From Octopus bimaculoides (Eukaryota): 64,000 bases of DNA. A program made the translations under genes and the position numbers. The notes beneath the pieces are model-generated. The model had not been told where the DNA came from. It ran no database searches and saw nothing but the letters and a program-made list of their open reading frames with translations. Position 1 is the first letter of the stretch. Each line of letters begins with the position of its first letter. Shown here piece by piece: positions 11,166-24,569 of this stretch. The stretch spans positions 23,943,060-24,007,059 of the forward strand of contig NC_068982.1 of the NCBI RefSeq assembly GCF_001194135.2, given 5' to 3'.

Positions 11166-12399
11166 CCTTTTCAGCTATATTCATGTATTCCTGTTCGTTT
11201 AATGTGTTTAATCAATAGTTTTCTCTCTGTGTAGCTTATTACGGTTAATTTTCTCCGCGGTCGCTTGTAATTTTTATTAGATGATATTTAATATTTGGCA
11301 TCCGTATATACATCTTAATCAACAAAAGGCAGAAAAAATTGGCTGATCTCGTTTAAATTTCCAATTAATATATACTACGAATATGAAATATATTCGTTAT
11401 GTTCACACCTTCAGGGGTAATTAAATATTCAGATTTTACCTTTTGTCAATCCCTTGTAAAATAACACTGTTAATAATATTTAAGTTAGCTTAAATGAATA
11501 ATTGTATGTTTTTATTAGATTTCACATACCTTCATTGTTTGAATGTCACTTTTAAGGATATAGATACCTATCTCCAACTAACTCTGATCAATATCAGCAA
11601 GAAATAAAAATAATGGGTTATACAATATACAAAGACACACTTATTTCACATATTTATGACAGAAAATAGGCATGATTCAATATCTTCATTAGTTATGAAA
11701 TATTACCTAAGTGATATATTATACGTTACTAGTGATTAAGATACCAGTTAGCTGTTGATGTTTTGTTCATCATCGCCTGTTTACAAAAGTCATACCGAAG
11801 ATATGAACAGCACTCCAAAATCAACAATGTGCCATCCAAAGTTGCATTAATATGATTAAATTTTAGAGTAATGAACGGTTAAGTAGAAATATGTTCAGAA
11901 ATGAAGGATTGTATTTCATTAAGTGTTGAAGAACTTATACTTCATTCGACCATACGCTTTCTCTCTCATATATAAAGCAAACACTTCAGAGTTGTTGCCC
12001 AGCCAGCGATATATGAGACACTAAATGGACAGGAAGAAACATAATAATGTTAAATTATTTAATATTTAAAGCATTAAATCTTATTTCACCAGATACGTTC
12101 AAGAATATTTATTTTATTTCACCAGATACGTCTAGGAATAATTTTTTGCCTTGACATGCGTAAGAAAAATGTAAAACACTGCAGCTATCTCGAAAAGCTG
12201 AAAATATCAAATATTTATTTACAAATAGAGTGCCAGACCGTAGGCGTTTGCTTCTGTTTCATTTCAGTATTTCTTAAAGTTTTTATACCTCAAATCTGCT
12301 CTATTTAATTACTGAGTTTTATTGTTTTCAATTATTGTCAATATTTGCTTTTACATCAACTCACACAACTTCAATATTTCCACTGACTTGCATACTTTA

Positions 12400-12441
12400 A
12401 TCTATCTATCCATTTATCTATATCTACCTATCTATCTATCC

Positions 12442-12481
<40 letters not shown>

Positions 12482-12596
12482 GTCTTTATACTTGTGTATG
12501 TGTATGAGTGCGCGTGTGTGTGTATTTCTGTTTGTCTCTCATCTCAGTCTGGCCCGTTTTTCAACATTTTTGACCCTCACTATCTGTTACTCTCTT

Positions 12597-12681
<85 letters not shown>
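12400..12681. repeat. (CTAT)n, (TG)n and (CT)n microsatellites
   Basis: Directly visible. Confidence 0.95.
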
Positions 12682-12683
<2 letters not shown>

Positions 12684-13552
12684 GGTTCTCTTCAAGTCTG
12701 ACAGACTCTCACATTTATTTAATCTCTACAATAATAATCCTTTCTCTTCAACTTCTTTCATAACATAATATTTTCTCCTGTTTCTGAGGGAAAGTAACAC
12801 ACAGAAAAAACATAAATTTGACATTTGATTTATCGAAATGTTTATAGTTCTTATAAACGTATCATGTGAAGCGCAAGCTTACAAATATCTACTATCTATA
12901 TGTTTCAGGAGTTCTTAAATTTTCAGTATATAATCATATTATTTTCCTTGGACTTTCACTTATCTTAACTCTCTTTATATCATGTTTTCTTCATTTTATT
13001 TATTACAATAAGCAATATACATAAACTAGGAAGTGATAAAATACTTTCCATTTCTTCTATGAAGTCTGTACACCTCTTCCCTCTCTGCTGTAGGTAACTC
13101 TAGCAAAATATTCACCTCTACACTGTCTGTTCATTTTATAAATTTTAATTCTATAATCTAAACAAATTAACAATTAATCTTTGAATGTGATTAAAAAAAA
13201 AAAAGTGAGACCCCCATGCTGCTGGTCACCAGCCTGGAGAAGATCGCCCATTTAGATTTGCAAATATGTTGATAAATGACTAGGCTAAACAAGCGTAGCT
13301 GTGCTGAGATATTCTCTTTTCTTTATGTCTAAATGTAAAATTATGACTAGAGTAGTAATTCAATTATTAGACATAACATTTAGTTGCTGACATTTAGACA
13401 AGATAGATTAGTGCTATAGAAATCTAATGAGAAAATAGACTGAAGAAAAATACACGTTGAAGTAGAGAGGTATGGCGGCTAATAGTATTAGAATCAAAAT
13501 TGCAGCATCAGTATCGTCGGCACTGACACCGAGATTAGTTACAGCAGGAAGT

Positions 13553-13621
13553 CGTAGCAGCAGCAGCGGCAGTAGTAGTAAAAGTAGTAGTAGTAGCAGT
13601 AGTAGTAGTATCAGTAGTTAT

Positions 13622-13656
<35 letters not shown>

Positions 13657-13660
13657 TAAA
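13553..13660. repeat. (AGC/AGT)n trinucleotide repeat
   Basis: Directly visible; source of the poly-Ser ORF. Confidence 0.95.
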
Positions 13661-15998
13661 TTGTTTTAACTAAGCTTTTAAATAATTCATGAAGTCTGAA
13701 TAAAGGTTGATAATTTATATGGTTATGGTCCAGTTACCTTAGCTGCATTCATACACATGTGCGTATGCGCGCGCGCCTGTATGTATGTGTGCGCATATGT
13801 ATTTTTTTTATATCCAAGGATGTGTACCTCTTCTTTTAAATGTCTGTGTGTAATGAATTTAATAGGCTATTTCAATTAATGTACTTCTTTAATTTTTACA
13901 TTAGGTTTATTACTCGGTTACGGTTTTTTTTTTTGCTTTGCTTTATTTTCGGTTTATTTTGTCCTTCTTGTTTTATAACCAAAGCGTTCAATATTAATGA
14001 TTTAAGAAGTAGAAAACGAAGAGTAACAATTTTGAGGAATTAAAAATTGAATTATGCACAATCAACTATTGCATGGCTAAGAAGAGCATTTAAAGAATAG
14101 GATAAAATTATCAATACTTTCCCATACTCTTCTGCAATTTTACACGTTTTAGAACATTAAAAAATATTCTAAATTTTAAAATAATGTTAAATTAAAAGTC
14201 ACACGTTCTTAATCATTATATATTTTGTTTTTATTTCGATATAGTTTTCTCAGTGTTATTTTTTTGGTTTGTCTGGTTAATTTTAGGAATATGATAATTT
14301 ATTTCGCTTGCTTTTTTTTTTCTCTCAGAATCTGATAAAATATAAAATATGAAGAGTTATCTGATTATACTATTGCTTCGCAAAACAATTCCATTACTTC
14401 AATTGTCAAATAATATGTGGTATTGTTTATATCAAATTTTATCTCTTATTATGATTATATATGTTACAATTGTGTTTGAGTGCCGTACAATAATTGGCAT
14501 CTTTCAAATAATTCAATTTCGCAATACGATTTCTATTCATATCAGAAGCCATTTTATTTCTTTACGACGCTAACACTGAAATAAATGTATAAACACAATA
14601 GCCTACGATTCAAGCATCCCTTAAAATTATATGGTTCATCCTTAGATAAAAGAAGCCAATCATATACACGAAAACCAAAGTAATCTTCTGTTGAACCGTA
14701 ACTGTATTTCAGTCAAAATTTTCTATTGAGTCTATTTTAGTTGATCAACACTAGCAACATTTCATGAATTACAACATAGGTTATTGAAAGGATACACCAG
14801 TTCCTCTGTTATTTGAAAGAAATATTGAAACCGAAAGAATATTTAAATTTTAAGTGATTTACAGTTACTATCAGATTACTTTAATTATTTTGATAAAGAT
14901 ATTTCATAAAATAGAATTAACTAGTTACTTTATCTTTTACGTATAATCTTTTTTTTTTTTTTCTGTCTTGAACGGAATAAAGCAAATGTGATTGTATTTG
15001 GCTTACAATGCAATTACAAATAAATAAATATACAAGGGAATAATTTCACCACTGTACTGCATTCCTGTTTCCATACACCTTCACATTAGCTTTCAGAATT
15101 AATAAGTCTATTTTAGTAAAAGAAGGTTTTCTGTCCCGGGAAACTGATTAAAAATAGTTAATTTAAGTGCTCAAAGTGTTGAAAATTTGTCCTATACTTG
15201 AACTGAACGTAAAGAGCTAATATACTACGGTTTGTGCTCCTAAGTTGGTCTTTTCTAAAGTTTCTCTCATGTTTGTCCACTTCCTTTGCTTTCCAACAAT
15301 TACAAAAATGTAACAATATAATATCAGAGACTAGTCAACGAACTACAAGTGTTAGACGCACAGAAATTCATAGCAAAATATATTTCTTATCAGAGACCGA
15401 ATCCATCACCTATCTTGACCAGACAAAATCATTTTGCTAAATATTACCTCTCTTCAATGCAGTCAGAGTGTTTATAAATAAATTTTATGGTGTGCGTATA
15501 TATATATATCTTATATGAGTATCGACTTAAATTCCTATTTAAATATGTAGTGGAAAACATGAGAGTATAAAAATATGTACGTTAATATTTTGTCCAAGTC
15601 TTTATCGAAAACCTGCGTAAACATTTGAAACATATCTCCTACAATATTATGAATTAATGTTTAAAATAAAACAAGTATGTCACATTCTATTTCCCATGTA
15701 GATAACAATTTAGTGTGCTGGAGAATGCTTATTATTTTGACGCATAAAATTTGTGTTCGAAAATTTGCTGCAATTGTGAACAAGGCGCTCACCGTTTATA
15801 AGTAAGTTACGACGCTCTCTCGATATATATATATATATATANNNNNNNNNNNNNNNNNNNNNNNNNNNNNNNNNNNNNNNNNNNNNNNNNNNNNNNNNNN
15901 NNNNNNNNNNNNNNNNNNNNNNNNNNNNNNNNNNNNNNNNNNNNNNNNNNNNNNNNNNNNNNNNNNNNNNNNNNNNNNGTGTGTGTGTGTGTGTGTAG

Positions 15999-16038
<40 letters not shown>

Positions 16039-17124
16039 TTACGTTATAAGTTTTCAAAGTGACCACTGAATGATCTGCCAGCGTTTAACAGTATTTTACA
16101 TTATAGCCACTACGTCTTTATTGATAAATGATATTCAAAAATACTGTCATTTTCATACCATTCTCACATTTGGCAGCATTTCAAGTTGAGAGGAAAATAC
16201 TCTGAAATGTGTTTTCCTTTTCCTTTGTTTTTTGTTTTTTTCATTTTTTCCAGTATTACCTTTTGATTTGATCTCATTATCATGTAAAGTATACCTTCCC
16301 TATAGAGAAAAACAATGGTTTACATCCGTCACATATCATGTCATTAAAATATTAAGTGGTTTATGTGACGATTTATTTGAAGATGAATAATAACAGTTGA
16401 GCTATGAACAAAGCAATACATATAAGTGTATAACGCGCCTCGTAAACCTTGCCATTGACAGCACTAAAAGCACTAGTTTCATGTATTGTATCTTGAGAAA
16501 TCGATTGGCAAAATTCGCTCTTCAGCAGGCTCTAGGGATACTTTATTCAGTATCTCAAAATATTGATTTCTTGCATTGACACATGAGTACAGGACAAAGG
16601 TAGAGTTGATATACGCCTCTTACAGTATGGTAAATATGTTACTTGCTTGATGGCACTAGTAGAAGAGAAGGTTGTCGATAGCTGTGGGAGTTGGAATTAA
16701 ACATAAAGGGTCATAAATAAGTACTACAGCGCATTTTACTTTTTCTTTGTCGCTTGTAAATACAGTAATCAATAATTCGACGTATTGACATGAATTCTCA
16801 AAACGTTTCACATTTGTCAATATATAGGCAGGAATTGCAAACTTAGCTAAATATGTGGGTATAATACAACTACAAGAAACGAAACATACTACTAAAGCTA
16901 TATTCTAAAAGAATGGTGCACGTTTTGACCTCTAAGTAAACAAAGGATATGAACAAGAAAGTTAAAAAGAAAACTATATAAATGAAATAAAAACTCGACA
17001 GGCTACACGGAATACTGCGACATAAGAGAATTTATGATTAAACAACAAAAATATATTGAGGTCAATTTTAATTATCCAATTCTTAACCGCGATCAGATAT
17101 CAATAGGATATATATATCTATATA

Positions 17125-17478
17125 TTCTTTCATTCTTTTATTCTTTTATATGTTTCCGCCTGTATTCGGACAATTCGGCCCCAAGACTTATTCTTTGTGA
17201 GCCTAGTACTTACCCTATCCGCTACTTTTGCCGAAGTGCGAAGTTACTGGGATATAAACACACCAAGTATCGTTTGTCAAGTGTTGGCGGGGGAGAAACA
17301 CACACATAAACACACAGTTATATATACATATACGACAGACTTCTTTCAGTTTCCGTCAACCAACGGTCGATCCGAGGGTATAGTAGAAGACACTTCCCGA
17401 AGGTGTCACACGGTGGGACTGAAACAAGATCCACGTGGCTGGAAAGAGCAAGCTACTTACTACACAGCAACGTATGCA
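17125..17478 (-). mobile_element. SINE family C, minus strand
   Basis: Reverse complement gives GCTGTGTAGTAAGTAGCTTGCTC..GTTTCAGTCCCACCGTGTGACACCTTCGGGAAGTGTCTTCTACTATACCCTCGG (CORE-like) ... TTGACAAACGATACTTGGTGTGTTTAT ... AAAAGAATAAAAG. Confidence 0.8.
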
Positions 17479-17566
17479 TTATTATATAACACAGTTATGC
17501 GTCTGGATAGGATGTATATTTATGTAGCTATACAACAAATTATATGCATATGTATATGCATACTTT

Positions 17567-17608
<42 letters not shown>

Positions 17609-17795
17609 NNNNNNNNNNNNNNNNNNNNNNNNNNNNNNNNNNNNNNNNNNNNNNNNNNNNNNNNNNNNNNNNNNNNNNNNNNNNNNNNNNNNNNNNNNNN
17701 NNNNNNNNNNNNNNNNNNNNNNNNNNNNNNNNNNNNNNNNNNNNNNNNNNNNNNNNNNNNNNNNNNNNNNNNNNNNNNNNNNATATATACATACG

Positions 17796-17863
<68 letters not shown>

Positions 17864-18359
17864 TAAACACATATACATATAATAATTATACAGAAAATGA
17901 TACTGATAGATGATAAATTAACTCATACATATGTCATACTCATAACAGAAATTTGAAGAATGACAAATCAAATGTTTTACACTAAAGCTTTAAAGTGTGT
18001 GTGTGTGATTTCTTTCTATTATTCTTTGTTATTTTCTTTGCTGGTATCCCAGTGTATGGAAGCAATTTATTGTAGAACACAGGAATGCAATGTATTACTA
18101 AATACAAGTAACACCCGGTATTTTGTGAGAGTCAACCGCATCCCCGCGTAACCACAGCCTGCCGTACATTGTTTACAATACTAGCCCTGCTTCTAATTCA
18201 TATTTGAATTTAATCTTACCTAAAAATCCTCATGGCTTACCAGCAAATGGTTTTTATAATATATGTATAAAATCATAGACTATTGAGTATGCTCGCATCT
18301 CATTCGCTTCACGAACGTGATGTTAATGATCCTAAAAAATGGCGAACTATATATATCCA

Positions 18360-18475
18360 CCCCTTTTGAGTGGAATTTTGGGCGAGTTGTCTCGCCTGTG
18401 TATTACCTTCAAGTGTACTAAGACGCCTCGCTTTGATATATATAACATACGTTCCGTTTATTTGCAAGATCAAAG
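18360..18475 (-). pseudogene. Probable Penelope-like GIY-YIG endonuclease remnant
   Basis: Minus frame FDLANKRNVCYIYQSEAS*YT*R*YTGETTRPK resembles the Penelope NVVY.I.C..C...YIGET.R signature; three stop codons. Confidence 0.35.
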
Positions 18476-20834
18476 AAGATCCATAAGTTAAAAAAAAAGC
18501 AGGTATTATTCGTGAGGTCGTGTCGATGTATAGCTGTAATAGAACGAGCTTCTCTAGCATACTGAACACGATCCGACAATCGCTCACGCTGGAAAATACG
18601 GTTACTATATGAAGTAATACAAGAATACATGAACAAAATATGGAAAAATATAATGAGAATACGCTAAGAAAAATGGATTAAGTATTTTTAACTTGAAACC
18701 CGTAAATGAAAGATACCGTTACTGTTGAGCGCTTACATGTGGGTTTAGATGGATGTAGAAAAGCTAACGTGTTAAAAGATATGTTGAATGCTGTAGGGAA
18801 AGGAGCATCACTCAGTTTAATTTTTTTTTATACACACACGCTAAAACATGCATAATTACACACATACACGCGTGCAAGCGGATGCACCCCCGTACGCGCG
18901 CACACACATAATTATACACACACTTGCATATTTAATTTCATATATAAGTGCGTGAATAATTGTATGTATGCATATTTGTACATTTGTAGCAGATTTTAAG
19001 CTTTTAAATATTTGTGTTTCTGTTCGATGGTTTATGGTCTAAAGAGAACACACACACACAGACAGATACAGACACACACAGACACATTCACAAATACACA
19101 AATGCTCACACATCGCTTGTATGATGCTGGTGAAGATTAAGACGGCGGTGATGATGATAATACTGATTATGATGATGATGATGATGACGAACACGAAGTG
19201 TTCTGTAGCAAATGCATTTGGTTCGTAAATGAAATGGGTTCGTTGAAATAAATGTATTTCTTCGTACATCTAAGTTGCTTTGCATGCCAGTATTCGTCTG
19301 CGAATGAGTTGAAATCATGAAGTTAGTTGTGTGTTCTATGTTAGTTATATTGCTGTGGTTATCTTCAATAAACAAGTCTCAGGTCAGTGTTTCTTGCATG
19401 CAGCTTCAACATATTCTTCATAAGTGTTTGGATATTTTGACAGCGTCTGGGGGAAAACAAACGTGCTTAGTCACAGTTCTGGATTCGTGTATACAGGGAA
19501 CATCGCACACACGTACATACAGACACAAATATATGATTTTGTATATGCACATATATATGCGCGCGCGTTTGTTGTGTGTGTGTGTGTGTGTATGTATGCA
19601 TAATACAGACACATGCATATTTACAAATAGATGTATATAGTCATATATATATATGTGTCTGTGTGTGTGTGTGTTTATATGAGTTAGAGTTTACACATCC
19701 ATCTAAGGGATAATAAATATCCAATATACTACTGGATGTTTACCTACGCATTTCTATCCAAGTACTTACTGTTGGAGGGCAGTAGCACAATTGAATAATA
19801 GGTATGAGTGGGGGTAAAGCAGAAATATACCCAGAATTTATTAGGCAAATAAGAAAATGGAGAAGATGATCACGCTAAGGTCGAAATGTGTTATACTGTC
19901 ATGTGGTTAGATGTAGGGAAAGATGATGAGCGAGAGAGAAAGAGTCACAATAAGGAGAGAGAGAGAGAGAGAGCAACAGATGGTGGGAGACATGCCCTTG
20001 TGAGGTAGGGAGAATGTAAGATTTATTACGTGGTTAATATTTTAGTCAAAGGGAGTAATATAGAGTGAATTAGAATTACGATGTTTACCAGAAGGGTGGT
20101 GCTCTGGTGGTGCTCTGGTGGTGAAGTTAAAAAAAGTAACGAGAGAGAGGAGAAAGAAAGTGAGACAGAGTGAGGTAGAAAGAAAGAAGAGTTGAAAGAA
20201 AAGGTAGACAGAGAAGAAAGATTAGAGGCGTTTTTATAACCGGATGCATTAAGTTTTCGTGTGGTTAGTGGAATTAAGAAGAGAAGAGAAAGAGAGAAAT
20301 GATAAGGACCTGATGAAGAGTGGATTGATATGGTTTAAAAATTTTGAAATTGGAGTTAGAGAAAGCGCGCGCGAGAGAGAGTAATATAAAGCGTTTAAAA
20401 GGGGGGAATTGTAAACATCATAATTATGACTAATGGAAGAATAATTTTTCAATATTTAATCTTTTATATCTCCTATCTGGCGATCTATTCCGGTACTCAA
20501 AACAATAACGACAACGTCCGCCTCTCCAGCACAGTTACTACAAGGGCGAAAAAAAAAAACATGGCAAAAAAGATCATAGAAAGAAAAGCAACCGTGACTA
20601 CAGGAAATAGCAAAAATAGATAGAACTTTGAAAATAATAATAGAACCGTAACACCAAAATGATCAGTACAATTTACAACGGCACTATCGACACCACTGCC
20701 AGTAACAATATAAGCAAATAGTATTAATCTTAATTATAGTATGTTCTACAGATGGCATGAAGCATCATCCGGCTGTGGCATATCGACGAGAGATGAATAA
20801 GGTTACCCTTTACCACAACCGCCTTCAGCTCACC

Positions 20835-20897
20835 GCTGGGCAAGGTGTAGTACCTGTAATCCCATCCCGAGACCCGAATATACCCAGTTGGTGTCCG
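20835..20897 (+). other. 7SL/SRP-RNA Alu-domain-like fragment
   Basis: GCTGGGCAAGGTGTAGTACCTGTAATCCCA resembles the 7SL/Alu 5' end. It is followed by CGAGACCC (like the 7SL 3' end) and GGTGTCCGC (like the 7SL S-domain). Confidence 0.35.
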
Positions 20898-20969
20898 CCG
20901 GGTTTAAATCTATCTCATGGGATGAGGATATCCTTTTAGCGTTGGTCAGCGACGCCTCTAAATATCGTG

Positions 20970-21385
20970 GATTATTATCATCAACATCAACATCATCATC
21001 ATCGCCGTCGTCTTTGTCATCGTCATCATCAACATCATCCTCAACATCGTCAAGGCGGCAAGCTGACAGTACACTTAGCATGCCAGACAAAATGCTTAGT
21101 GGAATTTCGTTGGTCTTTACATTCTGAGTTCAAACTCTGCAAGGTCGACTTTGCCTTTCATCTTTTCTGGATCGATAAATTACGTATCTGAGAAACACTG
21201 GGGGTCGATGGAATTGGCAAGTCCCCTTCCACTAAATACTTCAGGCCTTGTGTCTTCAGCTGAAAGAATCATCATCATCATCATCATTATCATCATCATT
21301 GTCGTCGCCATCATCATCATTACCATATCTTGGTCGCCGTCATGGTCAACGTCGTCATCGTCGTCATCATCATCATCATCCTCAC
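20970..21385. repeat. (CAT/CGT)n trinucleotide arrays flanking a SINE A copy
   Basis: Directly visible at 20970-21050 and 21268-21385. Confidence 0.9.
21053..21270 (+). mobile_element. SINE family A with (CAT)n tail
   Basis: GGCGGCAAGCTGACAG..TTAGCATGCCAGACAAAATGCTTAG..TTCTGAGTTCAAACTCTGCAAGGTCGACTTTGCCTTTCAT..CAGGCCTTGTG. Confidence 0.82.
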
Positions 21386-21600
21386 AATCGGCGGGCAAAC
21401 AGAATTGTTAGCACACCGGACAAAACGCCGATTGACATTTCTTCCACCCTCAACTCCTATGCTCAATTTCCGCTGGAGTTGACTTAGCCTTTTATGTTTT
21501 CGAGGTCGATAAAATAATAAATACCAGTTGAGTACTAGTGATGTAGTTAACCACTCACATCCCTCACAATTGTTGGCCATGTCACAAAACTTAGAAAAAA
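21386..21600 (+). mobile_element. SINE family A, tandem second copy, (ATT)n tail
   Basis: CAGAATTGTTAGCACACCGGACAAAA..GGAGTTGACTTAGCC..AAATACCAGTTGAGTACT. Confidence 0.72.
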
Positions 21601-23191
21601 ATATTATTTTTTATTATTATAGTTATCATATTATTAGTTGCTCTGTTGTGGCCCATCAGAAACTAGACATGAATAGAATGTCACTTAATATGTTATGAAT
21701 GTGTGTTTCAATAATTTCATTCATAGGCACTGTGACAATTCTACAATATATCAATCCACATTCATAGTTTGATATTTGTCATTTCTATATTTTTCTTTCT
21801 ATAAAGTCTGTGTAGATATACTGAAAGATAAATTGATTATGTTTAAAAAGCTTAACTTTAAGTTTTCTTCAGACAGATAGTTCAAATATTCCTCTTCCTA
21901 AAGTAGTCTATAGAACGAGAAATTTGTTGGCTATTTAACAAATATTCACTGAAGAGATTTATTGTTTTGGTGATAGCATTTCATTGAAATATTAGGTTTC
22001 ATTGTCACAAGTGTCATGCCATGCCATGTCACATCATATTCATAAGCCTAAAATTGCTTTTCATTTTCACTATGAATACTGCTTGTATTCATTAGTATCA
22101 GACATTTAGGAACCTGGTTCAATGAAATATACTCTGCAGAATTTATCTCAACAGTGTGTCATATCACATTGTGTATATTTATCGATGACTATGTTTCCAT
22201 AACTTCTCGAATGGAATGTTGTGCCCTTTTGTTAATACAATTACATGTTAGATAGGATATAGAAATAAGTATCTTATTCTAAGCATTCACCTTTCACCAT
22301 TAACCATAAGGCCAATTGTGTTGGCATTAACACTATATCTAAAATATTGTGTTTAGACAAATTATAGAAAGTCATGTATAATGTGCTATAGGAATATGTG
22401 GGAAATATAGTACTAACAGAATAGCATAACAGACAGGTAAATATAGAATGAAGCATGTAACCTCACTATTCACCATTCTTAATAAATGTTACAAAAGATA
22501 ACGCAAGATATTAATCAGTGTTGTAAATGAAATAAATAAAGCCGTGGAATTTAAGATATTTGAAGACATCTGTACCACCTGCAGTCTTCACGAGCGATAG
22601 GATGCGGCAAATAACTAACGTTGTTATGTCGCATCATATATATTTATGTTACCTTGTGATGAAAGCATATTAGAAGATACACCAGAAGCAAAAGACACTA
22701 AGTTTTATGTTACGATGTTTGAAATAAATAGCTAATTTTTATAAATGATATCATTATTCTCCATCACAGTAATTCATATTTGTTCAAAGCCTGTAATTAC
22801 TCTGGTCTTATGAATTTCATGAATGAAACGAATTAGGAAATGGCTCTCGTAAGGAATATTAAATTCTACTCCACTAAAATAATTCTCGAATTTTCATACA
22901 TTTCAAATATTACCTATTCATTCGAAATTAAGTATATTCAGAATGTCCCTCTAAATCATTAATACAATTTTCAATTGACGTATGACTAATTTTATTATAT
23001 TTACAATGTTACAAATTCCAGTGAGTTAGAGGTGTATAGGTAATGGTCGGGCTACCCAACAAAAGATTCAGTTTCAGTAATAATGTAGGATTCTTCTATA
23101 TATGTATATCAATAGAATTTTACAGTGTTAAAATACACCCGAGGGACCGTGCACATATCAGTATATGTACAGGCACACAGAAAGATACAAT

Positions 23192-23231
<40 letters not shown>

Positions 23232-23504
23232 AGGACGTATGCATGTGTAAGTGTTTGTGTGTGTGTGTGTGCAGAGGGATGGGCGTGTGTGCGTGCATGT
23301 ATGATAATTATAACAACTTGACAAAGCATAACATTACCATTATTTTTTGAAGACGGACTGCATCTTCAGCTGCTCTTCTACGAGCATTTGAAAATGTATT
23401 CTACCTGAGAATTTGCACATCTACTGCTACTTTGAAATCTTTCTGATACTTTATACTGAGAATAACTGAGATTCTATCATTCTATGCTCCCCTTGGTATA
23501 ATAT

Positions 23505-23560
23505 GTGCTCTTGATCGGATCAACAGGATTCCTCGTTATCGTAAGCGACGAAGTGCCGGA
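23505..23560 (+). mobile_element. SINE family B, 3' tail fragment
   Basis: TTGATCGGATCAACAGGATTCCTCGTTATCGTAAGCGACGAAGTGCC matches about 10642-10690. Confidence 0.7.
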
Positions 23561-23690
23561 TATGATATATNNNNNNNNNNNNNNNNNNNNNNNNNNNNNN
23601 NNNNNNNNNNNNNNNNNNNNNNNNNNNNNNNNNNNNNNNNNNNNNNNNNNNNNNNNNNNNNNNNNNNNNNNNNNNNNNNNNNNNNNNNNN

Positions 23691-23725
<35 letters not shown>

Positions 23726-24021
23726 AAAGAGAGAATGAGAGATATAGATATAGAGATAGAGACACATAAAACTGCATATAAACATATAGAGATGCATAGA
23801 CGCACACATACACATACACACACACACATATATATATATATGTATCTAAGTTTGTTTATGTATATATGGATGGGTCGATGGATGGATGTACGGTCAGCCG
23901 GATGGACTGACTGATGCATGCGAGCATACATGCATGTGAGCTAGAGAATGAGAGAGATAGATATATAGCTAGATGCACATATATATACACATAAACATAT
24001 ATAGGTACACACACATAGACG

Positions 24022-24079
<58 letters not shown>

Positions 24080-24080
<1 letters not shown>

Positions 24081-24569
24081 TTCCCTTGGCAAAACAAACA
24101 GGACACAGAAGCGTGTCGATAAGCCAGCTGCAGGAGATGTCTTCCTAGGGCTAAAAGCAACAGTAACATCCACCCCTAGGGCTCAGCAACATTTATGTGG
24201 CAATATACTTCACTTTATCGTGCAGTTACTGTTAATACCTAATTTAGAGAATTAACATTGCTTCTTTTCACTTTTTCGACATCAGTGAATAATTTCACTG
24301 GAAAAAGGTACATAAGGTTGCCAAGAATTTATCTCTCTCATCGCAGATCGGTGGCTATTGGACGGTGACGAAGGGAAATAACCCTAAAACCCGGGTCCGT
24401 TCGTGCTACAGATCACGATGAGAGGGATAACTTCCCTTGGCAAAACAAACAGGACACAGAAGTGTGTCGATAAGCCAGCTGGAGGAGATGTCCTCCTGGG
24501 GCTAAAAGCAACAGTAACATCCACCCCTAGGGGTCAGCCACATTTATGTGGCAATATACTTCACTTTAT
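24080..24569. mobile_element. Small element with 139-bp terminal direct repeats (24080-24218 and 24431-24569) embedded in (TA)n; TRIM-like
   Basis: Two copies of CTTCCCTTGGCAAAACAAACAGGACACAGAAG...GGCAATATACTTCACTTTAT with 6 mismatches by manual count, around a 212-bp internal segment, with TA runs on both sides. Confidence 0.75.
24330..24429. repeat. Approximately 100-bp inverted-repeat-bounded unit (MITE-like hairpin)
   Basis: TATCTCTCTCATCG ... CGATGAGAGGGATA, with one mismatch and TA at both ends. Confidence 0.6.

Noticed and set aside
12081-12140. Tandem duplication of about 34 bp (TTATTTCACCAGATACGT twice)
   Set aside because: Only two units, consistent with ordinary slippage; not a CRISPR-like array.
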